DNA of 63,627 nt, filler included, from Octopus bimaculoides (GCF_001194135.2; 4 parts of 4 records of this genome joined end to end with filler, not necessarily neighbours in it), one strand, 5' to 3'. Numbered from the whole stretch's first letter, positions 25,592 to 41,099 are shown. Numbers and translations: made by a program. Notes: a model not told the origin generated them from the letters alone.

Positions 25592-27509
25592 TTTATTTCC
25601 CAGACACTTCGCTTAGCTTTTATCCGGGAGGCTCAACATGGAGATCCTTCTAAAATTTGAGCAGTTCCTCTTGTCTCTCCTTTTAACAAATGGAATTATC
25701 ACCTCGGATTGCCATTGCATTGGTGTATAATAATACACCAAGGCATCTAAGACATCCGGCATATTCAAGCCAGTCTAAGAATAATTTTTGTATTTAAGGC
25801 TTCTAACATCTAAGGCCAAATTTCATACACATACCTACCTACCTACCTAAATACATATATACATACATACATACATACATACATTCACACACACATACAT
25901 ACATACATACATACATACATACACACACACGTACATACATACATACATACATACATACATACATACATACATACATACATACATACATACATACATACAT
26001 AAATGCATACATACATATTTACACAATACCTACATAAACAATGTTAATTTTGTTGAAATAAAATCATAACTTATTTTGTATTTTGAATTCTCTAAGATAA
26101 TTTTCCTCTCGAGGCACTTGGAGAGAATATTTCAGTTTTCTAGTTTAAGCAGTTAACCGTTTCTCTTGATGTGTATATTTCTTCGCAATGGAATGGTGGC
26201 ATTGATTTATTTTGTTTACATATAATATGACCTTTTGGTAACTAAATTTTATTTTATTGGAAATTTTTATAACAAATTTTATCGACCCCAAAATGTTGAG
26301 AGCTTTTCTGACCTTGACAGATTTCTAAAGTAAGACAGTATAAGCATGGTGTTAGTATAAATGCAGACATATAACGGTTAAGTATATTGTATGAGACAGG
26401 CAATGCAGTGTTTGTGTAAGATGATATCAGGGCGTGAGTCGTTAGCGAATTAGATGGAACACCTTTCGTAATTTGTTCTGATTCTATGCTCTAGGCTCAA
26501 ATCTCACCCAGGTCAACTTTGCCTTCTATCACTTCGAGGGGGACAAAAGATATCAGCTCAGTGTGGTGTGCTGGGGGTACAGGGGGAAAAAATCTTGAAA
26601 AATACCTTGCGAAATCTGTTGTTGTAAAAATTTGCATTATGATAGCAATATCTATGACGATAATTGTGCTGAGATAAGTCGGACAAATTCGGTGTACTTT
26701 CGATTGGACAAAGATCGGTGGCGTAGAGAAGAGACGCATTTATAGTAAACTGCCAATCTTCCTCCAAATAATCCTGAACATAAATGCGCAGATGCATGGT
26801 CAGCCTTGAAACTAGGGGCCCTCTTTTGGTATAGTGATTAAATAAAACAATGTAAAATATAGTGTTTGTATGAATGTAGATAGATTCTGTTTGAAAAGGG
26901 GTTAATTCGGTAATTCAATAAGACAATATTGTGTTTCGTGAAAGCGTGTGGCCTAATGATTAGAGTTTTGCATTCACAGTCACAAGATCGTAGTTTCGAT
27001 TCCCAGACGGCGATACGTTCTCCTTTCTTGAGCAAAACACCTCACTTCATGTTTTACTGCAGTCCACGACGGACCGGCGTCCTATTTCGAGGTGGTGTTG
27101 TGATCTCGCTCAATTATACGCCATGAAAACCGGGTAACCACCGGCCCTACATGGGCCAAGACTCGAGACCTTTGGGTTGATGATGATGATGTATTTCAAT
27201 AGGTATATGTAAAAAATGTTAGGAAATTTCACTGGCGAATTTGAAACCGAAACTCCGAATTAGTTGGCCATTACCTTAACCACTCAGCTATCTCATTTTG
27301 CAATCCATACATCCTAAAATAGCTCTAAATACAATAACAAAAATCTTGAAAAAAAAGCATCTCTTTTTTTTTCTCTCATTTTTATTCTTTTCTAAAACTG
27401 ATCCCTAAAAAATTGTATATTGAAATTTACGAACATATCAGATATTCGATTTCATTTCATCATCGATTTTTTTTTTTTTGAATTTCTGAAAAATAAAAAC
27501 CAGTAACAC

Positions 27510-27568
<59 letters not shown>

Positions 27569-27834
27569 GTAATAAAATTAATGATGATGATGATAATAAG
27601 AGTAGGAGTATAGTAGTAGTAGTAGTAATGAAGATAATAAAAATAATAGTCATGATAATACTAGTAGTAGTAGTAGTAGCAGCAGCAGCAGTTATGTTAA
27701 TAGCAGTAATAACATGATGATGATGGTGATGACGATAATCACCATCATCATGATCATCATCATCATGAACATCGTCAGTAGCAACAGTAACAACCACAAT
27801 AAAACAAAACCTCATCATCAACAACAACAACAAC

Positions 27835-27895
<61 letters not shown>

Positions 27896-27909
27896 ACAAC
27901 AAGAACACC

Positions 27910-28002
<93 letters not shown>

Positions 28003-28981
28003 TAATAATAGATATTCTTAACGGAAATAAAAGTTGTTCGGTTATCGATNNNNNNNNNNNNNNNNNNNNNNNNNNNNNNNNNNNNNNNNNNNNNNNNNNN
28101 NNNNNNNNNNNNNNNNNNNNNNNNNNNNNNNNNNNNNNNNNNNNNNNNNNNNNNNNNNNNNNNNNNNNNNNNNNNNNNNNNNNNNNNNNNNNNNNNNNNN
28201 NNNNNNNNNNNNNNNNNNNNNNNNNNNNNNNNNNNNNNNNNNNNNNNNNNNNNNNNNNNNNNNNNNNNNNNNNNNNNNNNNNNNNNNNNNNNNNNNNNNN
28301 NNNNNNNNNNNNNNNNNNNNNNNNNNNNNNNNNNNNNNNNNNNNNNNNNNNNNNNNNNNNNNNNNNNNNNNNNNNNNNNNNNNNNNNNNNNNNNNNNNNN
28401 NNNNNNNNNNNNNNNNNNNNNNNNNNNNNNNNNNNNNNNNNNNNNNNNNNNNNNNNNNNNNNNNNNNNNNNNNNNNNNNNNNNNNNNNNNNNNNNNNNNN
28501 NNNNNNNNNNNNNNNNNNNNNNNNNNNNNNNNNNNNNNNNNNNNNNNNNNNNNNNNNNNNNNNNNNNNNNNNNNNNNNNNNNNNNNNNNNNNNNNNNNNN
28601 NNNNNNNNNNNNNNNNNNNNNNNNNNNNNNNNNNNNNNNNNNNNNNNNNNNNNNNNNNNNNNNNNNNNNNNNNNNNNNNNNNNNNNNNNNNNNNNNNNNN
28701 NNNNNNNNNNNNNNNNNNNNNNNNNNNNNNNNNNNNNNNNNNNNNNNNNNNNNNNNNNNNNNNNNNNNNNNNNNNNNNNNNNNNNNNNNNNNNNNNNNNN
28801 NNNNNNNNNNNNNNNNNNNNNNNNNNNNNNNNNNNNNNNNNNNNNNNNNNNNNNNNNNNNNNNNNNNNNNNNNNNNNNNNNNNNNNNNNNNNNNNNNNNA
28901 TACACATGAACATGTATGTAGGCATATACATATATATAAATATGTACATACATACATATGTGTATTTATACTTATATATAA

Positions 28982-29028
<47 letters not shown>

Positions 29029-29289
29029 GATACATATAAAGAGTGGGAGAGAGAAAGAGAGAGAGTGTGAGATTGGTTGGGGAATAAGATGGATAAATCG
29101 ATTACCAATTAGATTAATAGCCATAAAGTTTAGTATTCGATTTTCGTCCCAATCAACTTTCAGGAAACTTGTTGTAACAAATAATGTTGCATTTTGATAG
29201 AGGCATCATAGTCAACAATTATGTCAACATTGTCAGGGTCATTAAAAAAGGAGAAAACACAGGGGACGTGCTAGAAATAGCAGCCGGAA

Positions 29290-29920
29290 CCCATCAACTC
29301 ACAATGAGATTCCAATTCTTTCTTGATTGCGTCATTCTTTTCCATCTTGATTCAAATTAGTTAACTAAGTCGTCTCTCATGGTCATGAAGGCCTTCCAAG
29401 AGGCCGTTTCTTATTTCTAGGATTCCACTCGGTGACTGTACTGGTCCACCTGTTTTCTGTGACTCTGGCAACTTCTCCAGTTCAGCGGAACTTTTGCTTT
29501 CGGTATTTTGCGATCACATCGTTCACTCTGCTCTGTTCTTGAATTACCGCATTTCGAATAATAATATTTCTAAATACAGTTCTATATTTAAGAGATGAGG
29601 AATTATGCACATTATTTACATTATTTACATTTGACGGACATTTTCTTTATCTTGTTTGGTAACACAACGTTTCTAACATAGCCATTGTCTAATTGAGATA
29701 ACAGTTCGTTGAGTGAACGGCGGCAGAGATTGTCCAAATGAATGCCTACAATATTTGTAGGAAAGTAGTTCTTGTTATAGTGTTTGCACCGTTCCAACTG
29801 CAAAACCTTTGAATTTGCTAAAATAACATCGCTGGATTTGTCTGCATTTTTAGACTGACCGATAAAATGACGTTGAGCAGCAGAATCGAGGAATCGTCTG
29901 GGAAAATAATACACAAAAGA
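29290..29920 (-). pseudogene. RTE-like LINE 3' ORF remnant
   Basis: Minus strand: IRNAVIQEQSRVNDVIAKYRKQKFR*TGEVARVTENRWTSTVTEWNPRNKKRPLGRP, the typical post-RT tail of RTE elements. Confidence 0.7.
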
Positions 29921-29954
29921 ACAGAATTTAGCTTTGTCTATTTATGTTCTGGAC

Positions 29955-30205
29955 CAGTGGTTTCCAACCGGGTCCATATAACACTTCGCGATCCTCATGA
30001 GATTTTGTTGTAATAATATATTTGCAATAAAAGGATTATTCTTCAACAATATGCAATATATTTTAATAATTTCATTTAATGCAATTCCTGGTAATATTTA
30101 ATAATGACAATACAATAAGGTGTTTTAGACATCGAAATGGTATGAGGCTCCACCCGAATAATAAAGGAATTAAAAGGGTCCATAGGCAAAGGTTGAGAAG
30201 CACTG
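29955..30205. mobile_element. hAT-superfamily MITE (older)
   Basis: TIRs CAGTGGTTTCCAACC / GGTTGAGAAGCACTG. Eroded 8-bp flanks TTCTGGAC / ATCTAAGC. Confidence 0.7.
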
Positions 30206-30381
30206 ATCTAAGCTAAAATTTAGCAACCGATTAATGGAGTGCCAGTGATATACCAAGATTAGTTTCAAGGTTGCATTTTCCCGCCAATAGATGTCGCTGA
30301 AGACTTATATTGGAAATCATTACTTAATGTAAGAAAACTAGAGACTAATGTAAAGAGGATTGATGCATTATATTGTAAACA

Positions 30382-30518
<137 letters not shown>

Positions 30519-30673
30519 CATACATATATATATATACGTACATATGTGCGTGTGTGTATATATATATACATACATATATACACATACATATGTATGTATG
30601 TATATATTTATACACACACACACATATATGCATGCACAAGTGTACATACGTATATACATAATACTTACATGCA

Positions 30674-30721
<48 letters not shown>

Positions 30722-30731
30722 NNNNNNNNNN

Positions 30732-30788
<57 letters not shown>

Positions 30789-31248
30789 AGAGAGACAGAG
30801 AGCCAGAGAAGTAATAGACCTGATGTTGAGAAATGTTAGCATGCTTAAATGATATCGTCTCTAATAGTTTAGAGATTATAGAGGGATTTAGGTTATAAAG
30901 GATTAAACATATCCGAGTTAATTCCAAATAAAACTTAAATAAAAATTGCGTTGTAATAAAATTCGATGGAAAACAAAACAAGTTTAGAAACAACAAGGAT
31001 ATATTGAGGCCAGAATTTGAAAAGAAATGGTAAAATATCGAAATATGAAATATAGAAATGTCTTCAAAAAATTATGAAGAATGCATTTACATCTAAGATT
31101 ACTAGTTTGATTTCAAACCCAAAGGCAAAAATTCTACTGTATATTGGAATAAACCACTGAAGTAGAAATTAGTAAAAGAAAAGCTGACATAATAATAATA
31201 ATAATAATGATAATAATAATGATAATAATGATAATAATAATAATAATG

Positions 31249-31311
<63 letters not shown>

Positions 31312-32651
31312 GAAAGTGCAATGACAACAACAAGACATGCTGCGCTTAGAAAAGTAAGAATAAAATCAGAAAGCAGGAACGATACAAGAAAATTCTAAAT
31401 TGGAAAGGCGCTGGAAAGATTGTTATTAAATTGGTAAGTTTGTGAATCTGTGTAATTGTTACCTGCTAAATTCCTGCAGTAAAATTTGGTGCGTTTCCTT
31501 GCAATATACACGTTGTGACAGCTGCATCCCATCACACACGCCCGACACCCTCAGCAGCGCCGACGCTGACGCCGACCCCCGTCTCCGCCGCCACCGCCAT
31601 CATTACACTCTACTCTATCATCATCGCCGGTACCGCCCCCCCGCGCACCAATATCACCGCCAACAATGCTAAAAGTACAATACACTTACTACCACCACCA
31701 TCACCACCACTATGTTACCACCACCGCCACAATATCCATCACCACCACCACCAATAACAACAACAACAAGAACAACACTATCTCCACCATCACCACCATT
31801 GCCACCACTATCGGCAAGAACAACACCCCACCCCTTACCACCATGAATGTCACCACCCCAGCCACATCTACAGCAACTCTGTCCCCAAGCTGTCACTACC
31901 CATCACCACTATCAACACTGGCACCACTACTACCGTTTATAGCACCACCGCCACCACCGCCATCACGACAACGACGACGAAGAAGACCACGCCGACCGAC
32001 GACCATCACCACCTAAACCGCCGCCGCCGCCGCCNNNNNNNNNNNNNNNNNCACCACCACCACCACCACCAAGAAATGATTATTAGTTGGTTTCTTTCAC
32101 CAACGCCGACACCACACTGAGAAAATTTTGTGCAATTAACAGTAGATGAGCCATAGCTGAGTCCCATGCATTCAAAGACACAACACTGTTCAGAGGTGAA
32201 GAATATTGCAGTGAGTTTGGAGATTCTCTTGAGTCAAAGAGCAGTACCGGATTACAGTAGCTTTGAGATGTATGTCTTGACTGTTTCGAGATTTCCTGAG
32301 TACAAGAATGAGTGAGATAAGATAATGCAAAGACTCACAGCCTAGCTTTAGTTACATAACCAGGTGCGCTTTACACTGCAGTCAGAACCAAAATATGGTC
32401 TCATGCTCATCCAGCACACCTCCTTTCCTCCTTCCCCTTCTTTCTCGGAATATATAAACAGACAGAAGATATCTGGACTTTCCTTCAGAATGACTCAAAC
32501 TAATAGGTGTGTCTTCTCGAATAGGCGTTCTACCAAAGTTCCAGTTAGACCAGCAGTTGAAGCTGTGGTTGTGTGATTGTCGTGTTCAGAAACGGCTATA
32601 GGTGGCATCCCTTTTAGTCATAGTACAAAATGGTAAAGATAGAGATATGCA

Positions 32652-32689
<38 letters not shown>

Positions 32690-33696
32690 NNNNNNNNNNN
32701 NNNNNNNNNNNNNNNNNNNNNNNNNNNNNNNNNNNNNNNNNNNNNNNNNNNNNNNNNNNNNNNNNNNNNNNNNNNNTATATATATATATATATCATAAGG
32801 TTTTTAAACTTTTAAATTTTCATATTCAAAAGAGACAGAGACTTCAAATTCGATTATATATATATGGCAGATTTCAAATTCATTGTTGTTGGTGGTGTAG
32901 TTGTGGTTGTTGTCCTTGTATTATGGTGTTGTTGTTGTTGTTGTTGTAAATATTAGCATCGTTGTTGTTATTTTTATTGTTTCCACCTGTCGTTTCTGTT
33001 GCTTTATATATATATCCCACAATGCACTCTACGTTTAGTCCATCAATGATAAGAAGGTACGATATATATATATATATATATCCGTACAGGCCCATACATA
33101 CATGCATACATACACACATACATACATACATACATACACACATGCATACATACGTACGTACGTACGTAAGTACATAAATGCATACATATATACATACATA
33201 CATGGATGCATACGAACATACATGCATATATGCATACATGAATACATGCATACATACATATACATCCATGCATACATACATATACATATATGGATACACA
33301 TATACATACATGTATAGATGCATACATACGTATTTATAAATACATATACATGTAGAAAGTGAATGGATGATNNNNNNNNNNNNNNNNNNNNNNNNNNNNN
33401 NNNNNNNNNNNNNNNNNNNNNNNNNNNNNNNNNNNNNNNNNNNNNNNNNNNNNNNNNNNNNNNNNNNNNNNNNNNNNNNNNNNNNNNNNNNNNNNNNNNN
33501 NNNNNNNNNNNNNNNNNNNNNNNNNNNNNNNNNNNNNNNNNNNNNNNNNNNNNNNNNNNNNNNNNNNNNNNNNNNNNNNNNNNNNNNNNNNNNNNNNNNN
33601 NNNNNNNNNNNNNNNNNNNNNNNNNNNNNNNNNNNNNNNNNNNNNNNNNNNNNNNNNNNNNNNNNNNNNNNNNNNNNNNNNNNNNNNNNNNNNNNN

Positions 33697-33737
<41 letters not shown>

Positions 33738-33898
33738 ATATATGTTTGTATATATATATTTATATATATATATGTATACATATACAGACAGGGAGAGGGA
33801 TGTATATGTGCTCCTTCCTATTCCTCTACTCCCTCCACAGAATTGTACCACCAATTATTTTGCTTGGTTCTTTCTTTCTTTCTTTCTTTCTTTCTTTA

Positions 33899-33929
<31 letters not shown>

Positions 33930-34733
33930 ACTGGCGTTCGTAGTTTCCATTGAAACCAAACCACGTGTTTCTGCGTGAACACACACACACATATACACAT
34001 ACATAGACACACGCGCGCGCACACACACACACGCATATATATATATATATATACATACGCATATATATACATATATACATAAATACATACACACACATAT
34101 ATCTATATCTATCTATCTAAATACGTATATACATATATATGTATATATACATATATGCAAATAGATATATATATATACACATACAGAAAGAGGGGGAAGG
34201 GAGAGAGAGGGAAAGAGACATGCATTTATATGTGCCCAATATTATGTATGTAAAAGCATCCAGAGGCAACCACACTCGCTGGATCTCACCAAAGAATCGA
34301 CAAAAGCCATGCTATATCATTATTTTCCATTTCAATACAAGCAATACGCAGTGTTTTGTAAATAATATTTCACAAATATTACATTTTTCTAATGTCATCC
34401 ATCCTTTTATTCTATAGACCAGAATTTCTCTGGGGTTACGTATCGATTAGATATAGATGTACATACAAGCACACCCACCCGAACCACACGCACACACACA
34501 TAGAAAAGCATATGCATACATACATTTATACTAATATGTATGTTTGAATATATATATCTATGCATATATATGTGTGTGTGTGTGTGTGTGAGCGTTTGTA
34601 TAAATATATGTAAACAAAAATATATTTGCATATTTATATAAACATACAAACACATATATAGTATGTTTATTTCTTTTTATTCCTCAACATGGTTTAAAGC
34701 TGAATTTACATGTGAATATATATATATACATAC

Positions 34734-34829
<96 letters not shown>

Positions 34830-36367
34830 ATGTATATGTAAATGTATGTATGTATNNNNNNNNNNNNNNNNNNNNNNNNNNNNNNNNNNNNNNNNNNNNN
34901 NNNNNNNNNNNNNNNNNNNNNNNNNNNNNNNNNNNNNNNNNNNNNNNNNNNNNNNNNNNNNNNNNNNNNNNNNNNNNNNNNNNNNNNNNNNNNNNNNNNN
35001 NNNNNNNNNNNNNNNNNNNNNNNNNNNNNNNNNNNNNNNNNNNNNNNNNNNNNNNNNNNNNNNNNNNNNNNNNNNNNNNNNNNNNNNNNNNNNNNNNNNN
35101 NNNNNNNNNNNNNNNNNNNNNNNNNNNNNNNNNNNNNNNNNNNNNNNNNNNNNNNNNNNNNNNNNNNNNNNNNNNNNNNNNNNNNNNNNNNNNNNNNNNN
35201 NNNNNNNNNNNNNNNNNNNNNNNNNNNNNNNNNNNNNNNNNNNNNNNNNNNNNNNNNNNNNNNNNNNNNNNNNNNNNNNNNNNNNNNNNNNNNNNNNNNN
35301 NNNNNNNNNNNNNNNNNNNNNNNNNNNNNNNNNNNNNNNNNNNNNNNNNNNNNNNNNNNNNNNNNNNNNNNNNNNNNNNNNNNNNNNNNTATATATATAT
35401 ATATATATATGTATTCATGTATGTATTTATGTATGTATGAATAAATGCATTTATGTATACACTCATAGATATTCACATACGCGTGTATAAACACATGCCT
35501 GTATGTGAAGTAAATAGAATATGTTCATAATTCTATAAGGATGAAAAATTTGAAAACAAAACCAATCGCACATACACATGAAGCACATGCGCACACGGAT
35601 TCACACACGTATACACGCGGGGGCTCACATGTATTTTACATACATGAATATATTGATACAAATAAATGTATTTAAATGTATATAAATTTAGCATACAAGT
35701 GTTTTTGCATATATATATGGCATAATGTGTATGAAATATTTTCGAGAAAGGCCCAAACCCACGCATCTCGAGAGATGGGTGTGACCGATAATATTGATCG
35801 AAATATTTCCCTATTACTTAGTTTATCGACCCAGAAAGGATGAGATTTACAGCCGCAATTGGTGGAATTTGAACTTTTGAATGTGAAAAGAGATAAGCCA
35901 AACGGAAAGAAAGATGGCGTCAATACTGTCATTTTATCGCCCTTAACGGATGTGCGTTTTACAATGAACATCTTTGTCAGTGTTGCTGCTGTTGTTGTTA
36001 TTTTTGTTTGTGGATCACATCCAGCGATAAAGAAAGGACCCTTCTTCGTTAATTACTGACAACGCAGCTTTATCAGAATATGTGTGTTTCAAATCTAAAA
36101 GTTTTGATTTCAAGTCCTATGGATAATCTTTTTTTTTATTTTCTCTTTCTACTCTTGTAAACATTAATTCTAATAAATACAGATTATTGGTTATTTGGTG
36201 CCGTTAAGTATTACCTTACCTTATATAGAATCATTTTACATCTCCCCCTCTCTCTCTCATTGGTTATTACTAATACAGAACCAGTTCTTATACAATTACA
36301 ATCAATAATTTACCTCCTCTACCTCCTCTACCTTCACTCCCTTCCATTTTTCTCTTTGCCATCAGCT

Positions 36368-36434
<67 letters not shown>

Positions 36435-37879
36435 TCTCTCATTAACTGTATGGATGTTGTTAATACTTGGAGGCAACAAGATTTGGAAAACACGACGCAG
36501 ATTATCAGCTGGTTCGCAGATAAGCCTGTCCTGTTGATTGTCATTTATCTTCAGACGACGGAAATCATTTAAAAAATTCCGCATCTACCTATTCGTATNN
36601 NNNNNNNNNNNNNNNNNNNNNNNNNNNNNNNNNNNNNNNNNNNNNNNNNNNNNNNNNNNNNNNNNNNNNNNNNNNNNNNNNNNNNNNNNNNNNNNNNNNN
36701 NNNNNNNNNNNNNNNNNNNNNNNNNNNNNNNNNNNNNNNNNNNNNNNNNNNNNNNNNNNNNNNNNNNNNNNNNNNNNNNNNNNNNNNNNNNNNNNNNNNN
36801 NNNNNNNNNNNNNNNNNNNNNNNNNNNNNNNNNNNNNNNNNNNNNNNNNNNNNNNNNNNNNNNNNNNNNNNNNNNNNNNNNNNNNNNNNNNNNNNNNNNN
36901 NNNNNNNNNNNNNNNNNNNNNNNNNNNNNNNNNNNNNNNNNNNNNNNNNNNNNNNNNNNNNNNNNNNNNNNNNNNNNNNNNNNNNNNNNNNNNNNNNNNN
37001 NNNNNNNNNNNNNNNNNNNNNNNNNNNNNNNNNNNNNNNNNNNNNNNNNNNNNNNNNNNNNNNNNNNNNNNNNNNNNNNNNNNNNNNNNNNNNNNNNNNN
37101 NNNNNNNNNNNNNNNNNNNNNNNNNNNNNNNNNNNNNNNNNNNNNNNNNNNNNNNNNNNNNNNNNNNNNNNNNNNNNNNNNNNNNNNNNNNNNNNNNNNN
37201 NNNNNNNNNNNNNNNNNNNNNNNNNNNNNNNNNNNNNNNNNNNNNNNNNNNNNNNNNNNNNNNNNNNNNNNNNNNNNNNNNNNNNNNNNNNNNNNNNNNN
37301 NNNNNNNNNNNNNNNNNNNNNNNNNNNNNNNNNNNNNNNNNNNNNNNNNNNNNNNNNNNNNNNNNNNNNNNNNNNNNNNNNNNNNNNNNNNNNNNNNNNN
37401 NNNNNNNNNNNNNNNNNNNNNNNNNNNNNNNNNNNNNNNNNNNNNNNNNNNNNNNNNNNNNNNNNNNNNNNNNNNNNNNNNNNNNNNNNNNNNNNNNNNN
37501 NNNNNNNNNNNNNNNNNNNNNNNNGGGTGGGGGTGGTTATTTGTGAGGGTGGGAGCGACGGGACTGTGTGTCGCCGACGTTGTCTGACAGTGAAACCGAC
37601 CGAGGTCGTGCTAATGGCTTCGTATATTCTGTGGCGAATGTTTAAACTTTCCCTGGCGGCAGAACGACTAAACAGAGGCCGTTGAGAGTCAGCCTGATCA
37701 AAGCTAGGGTTACATCAATAGCACCTTATCATAACTAATGCTGTTTGGAGATGATTTAGGTAATATCTTCCGGGTATTCTATATAACTCAGATAACTTAG
37801 ATAGGCTTCGTACAGTACAGGCCGAGGCCATGTCTAACTTAATAGCGCCACCTGGTGAGGTTTTTTAGATCGTGATTCA

Positions 37880-38125
37880 CACCGCAGTCATAGATGGGAC
37901 AACATGGCCAACTCTAGCAAAGAGTTATTATTGTTGGAGACATATATGTATAACTGTCATCTCCATATTTGTAGGGACTCTGGGATCATTAACAACCAGG
38001 TTTGACAAATTTGTTTGAGACTTTGAGATTGACATGAATTAGTAGATGCTCAGAAAACAGCCCTATTGTGGACAGCGAGGATTTCGAGGGTGGTACTTGG
38101 ATGTCAAGTATCGTAGAATTAGACC
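37880..38125 (+). pseudogene. R4/Dong-like LINE C-terminal (restriction-like endonuclease) remnant
   Basis: ..TVISIFVGTLGSL.. followed by QKTALLWTARISRVVLG, matching VVPIVVGALG....LQK.ALLGTARILRKVL. Confidence 0.65.
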
Positions 38126-38148
38126 CTGTAAAGAGAGAGAGAGAGGGG

Positions 38149-38202
<54 letters not shown>

Positions 38203-38215
38203 TGAGAGAGAGAGA

Positions 38216-38247
<32 letters not shown>

Positions 38248-38648
38248 TATGCATATACATGTATATGAATGCATACATACATATATATAATTTGTAAAAC
38301 TTACCAAGGAGAATGGAATGAACACCTCGTATTATTGAATACGTCTACAATTGTTTCAACGAGACTTTACAAGTTTATTGCTGGAAGATTATTAAATAAA
38401 ATGCGAAATAATTCAGGGAAATCAAGGCAATCCCTGCAAAAGTCTGACGATTCGATATTTTCCAGCTTTCATTTAACGTATTATTTCGTATAACGTACCA
38501 TTATTTTCCAATAACGATCAAATGGAACAATCGTAGAGTCAATGGAACTATTAACCCATTTCATTTTCCTTATTAATGATTATATAAACTCTACGGATAT
38601 TTACGGACTTTCAGCTATATCATCAGTCGATATTATATATATATATAT

Positions 38649-38748
38649 NNNNNNNNNNNNNNNNNNNNNNNNNNNNNNNNNNNNNNNNNNNNTTAATTAA
38701 TTAANNNNNNNNNNNNNNNNNNNNNNNNNNNNNNNNNNNNNNNNNNNN
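38649..38748. other. Artificial 100-bp scaffold spacer
   Basis: Same 44/12/44 structure. Confidence 0.95.
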
Positions 38749-38817
<69 letters not shown>

Positions 38818-39019
38818 CATGAAACTATAAAGCACAGAAATAAAAATGTTTCATTTTGACAAACCATTATCAAAATCGTTGTCGATGGCCCCCGGCACAG
38901 GCAGCAAAAATACGATGCAAATCTTCAATAGGTAAGCTACAGAACGATAGCAGGAATCTAAGTGCACATGTTCTCAGCAACAAACTGTTTTCTGAACAAT
39001 ACGAAAATACAATCATCCA

Positions 39020-39079
<60 letters not shown>

Positions 39080-39839
39080 GAATGAGAGAGAGAGTAAGAC
39101 ACACACACTGATAGCACGAACACACAAACACAACACACACACACACACACAGACTGATAGGCAAACACACAGACCTTCACGAATTCGAAGTGTTTCAGAA
39201 CCAGTGGAGACAGCACGATTGTGATAAATGTGTATTAAAAACGCATCGGAATATCAATGATGATGATGATGATGATGATGAAGATGGCGTCTTCTCACTC
39301 TTCNNNNNNNNNNNNNNNNNNNNNNNNNNNNNNNNNNNNNNNNNNNNNNNNNNNNNNNNNNNNNNNNNNNNNNNNNNNNNNNNNNNNNNNNNNNNNNNNN
39401 NNNNNNNNNNNNNNNNNNNNNNNNNNNNNNNNNNNNNNNNNNNNNNNNNNNNNNNNNNNNNNNNNNNNNNNNNNNNNNNNNNNNNNNNNNNNNNNNNNNN
39501 NNNNNNNNNNNNNNNNNNNNNNNNNNNNNNNNNNNNNNNNNNNNNNNNNNNNNNNNNNNNNNNNNNNNNNNNNNNNNNNNNNNNNNNNNNNNNNNNNNNN
39601 NNNNNNNNNNNNNNNNNNNNNNNNNNNNNNNNNNNNNNNNNNNNNNNNNNNNNNNNNNNNNNNNNNNNNNNNNNNNNNNNNNNNNNNNNNNNNNNNNNNN
39701 NNNNNNNNNNNNNNNNNNNNNNNNNNNNNNNNNNNNNNNNNNNNNNNNNNNNNNNNNNNNNNNNNNNNNNNNNNNNNNNNNNNNNNNNNNNNNNNNNNNN
39801 NNNNNNNNNNNNNNNNNNNNNNNNNNNNNNTCCCCTTTC

Positions 39840-40170
39840 ACTCTCTCCTTCCTCCCTCTCTCTTCCTCCCCCGGTGATGATAAGGATGAGGATGAGGGAA
39901 AGGAGATGGAAGGGGAGGAAGAGGAGGGGGAAAATGATAATTGTTTATTATGAGAAGGGCGACGAGGATGAGGATGATGGTGAGGAGAGGAGGAGGAAGT
40001 GGAAGAAGAGGAGGATGAGGAGGAAGGGGAGGAAGGGGAAGAGGAAGGGAGGAAGGGGAAGAGGAAGAAGGGAGGAGGAGGAAGAAGAAAAGGAAGAAGC
40101 GGATGGAGAAAAAGAAAAGGAAGAGGAGGGGAGGAAGAAGAAGAAGAAGAAGAATAGGAGGAGGAGTAGG
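39840..40170. repeat. Purine-rich GGA/GAA low-complexity tract
   Basis: Nearly pure A/G on the + strand; a related block lies at 40350-40447. Confidence 0.9.
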
Positions 40171-40446
40171 AGTATGGTCACATCAATTATCCACGATGGC
40201 AGTATTCCCGTTATGAAGTAGTAAAGTAGGAAATCTCAGGTTTCGACTGGCTGAACCCTTTTGTAAAACCTGATGTCTATCAAGGGATGCGATCCTAACG
40301 ACGGCGAGTTGAGAAGGAACTTACACTTTAACAAAATAATTGAGGATCAGTGGGAGGAAGGGGAAGAGAAAGAAGAGGAGGAGGAACAAAAGGAGGATGA
40401 AGAGGAAGGGAGGAAGGGGAAGGGAGGAAGGGGAAGAAGAGGAAGG

Positions 40447-40580
40447 GGTCGCCGAGGTCAACTTTGCTTTTCTTCCTTTCGGGGTCGATAAATTAAACAC
40501 CAGTGAAACACTGGGGTCGATGTAATCGGCTAATTCCCTCCCACCAAAACGTTTCAGGCCTTGTGCCTTTAGTATAAAGG

Positions 40581-40624
<44 letters not shown>

Positions 40625-40625
40625 G
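40447..40625 (+). mobile_element. SINE family B, 5'-truncated, with (ATT)n tail
   Basis: GTCGCCGAGGTCAACTTTGC...CAGGCCTTGTGCCT...AAAGGATTATTATT. Confidence 0.8.
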
Positions 40626-41032
40626 TGTGTCTGTCTAGTAAAACAGTGGAGTATGAAGGCGCCCGAGGGAAATATCTACACAGTTGAAGTGTACTTCTAG
40701 TCACGAAATGCACACGTCAATCAAATTGTTAATCTGACACTAACTCTACATCTTTTTCTCTTCGGTAAGAGTATGTTTGGTGCGTAAATCGTAAGGGATT
40801 TGCCACTCCAGCTGAAGCTTTAAGTGCACAAGCCTTAACTTAGATATGCGTGAGTGTATATTCGCTTACATTCTTCCATAGCAATAACGTGTGTTCAGGA
40901 AAAAGTATGAACCGTCATAGAAGTCAGCTGCTGCCTGCAGATGTGAATATCTTTTCGAAAATCAAAGAGAAATAGGAAAACTAGAGACAATGGCGTCAAT
41001 ACTCAAATTATAAATTCATATTTATACTTGTA

Positions 41033-41063
41033 ACTAGCAGAGTTACCCGGCTTTGCTCGGGAT
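41033..41063 (-). mobile_element. Helitron 3' end
   Basis: Minus strand CCCGAGCAAAGCCGGG-TAACTCTG-CTAG-T. Confidence 0.75.
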
Positions 41064-41099
41064 TAAAATGGCATAGCTTTTTAAAATTATTATTTTACT

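Noticed and set aside
31442-32070. GC-rich Thr/Pro/His-rich ORFs (mucin-like)
   Set aside because: Open in several frames because they are degenerate (ACC)n/(GCC)n repeats; no splice or homology support.
39830-40491. Acidic/basic E/K/R-rich ORFs
   Set aside because: Purine-rich simple repeat merging into a SINE; not protein-like.
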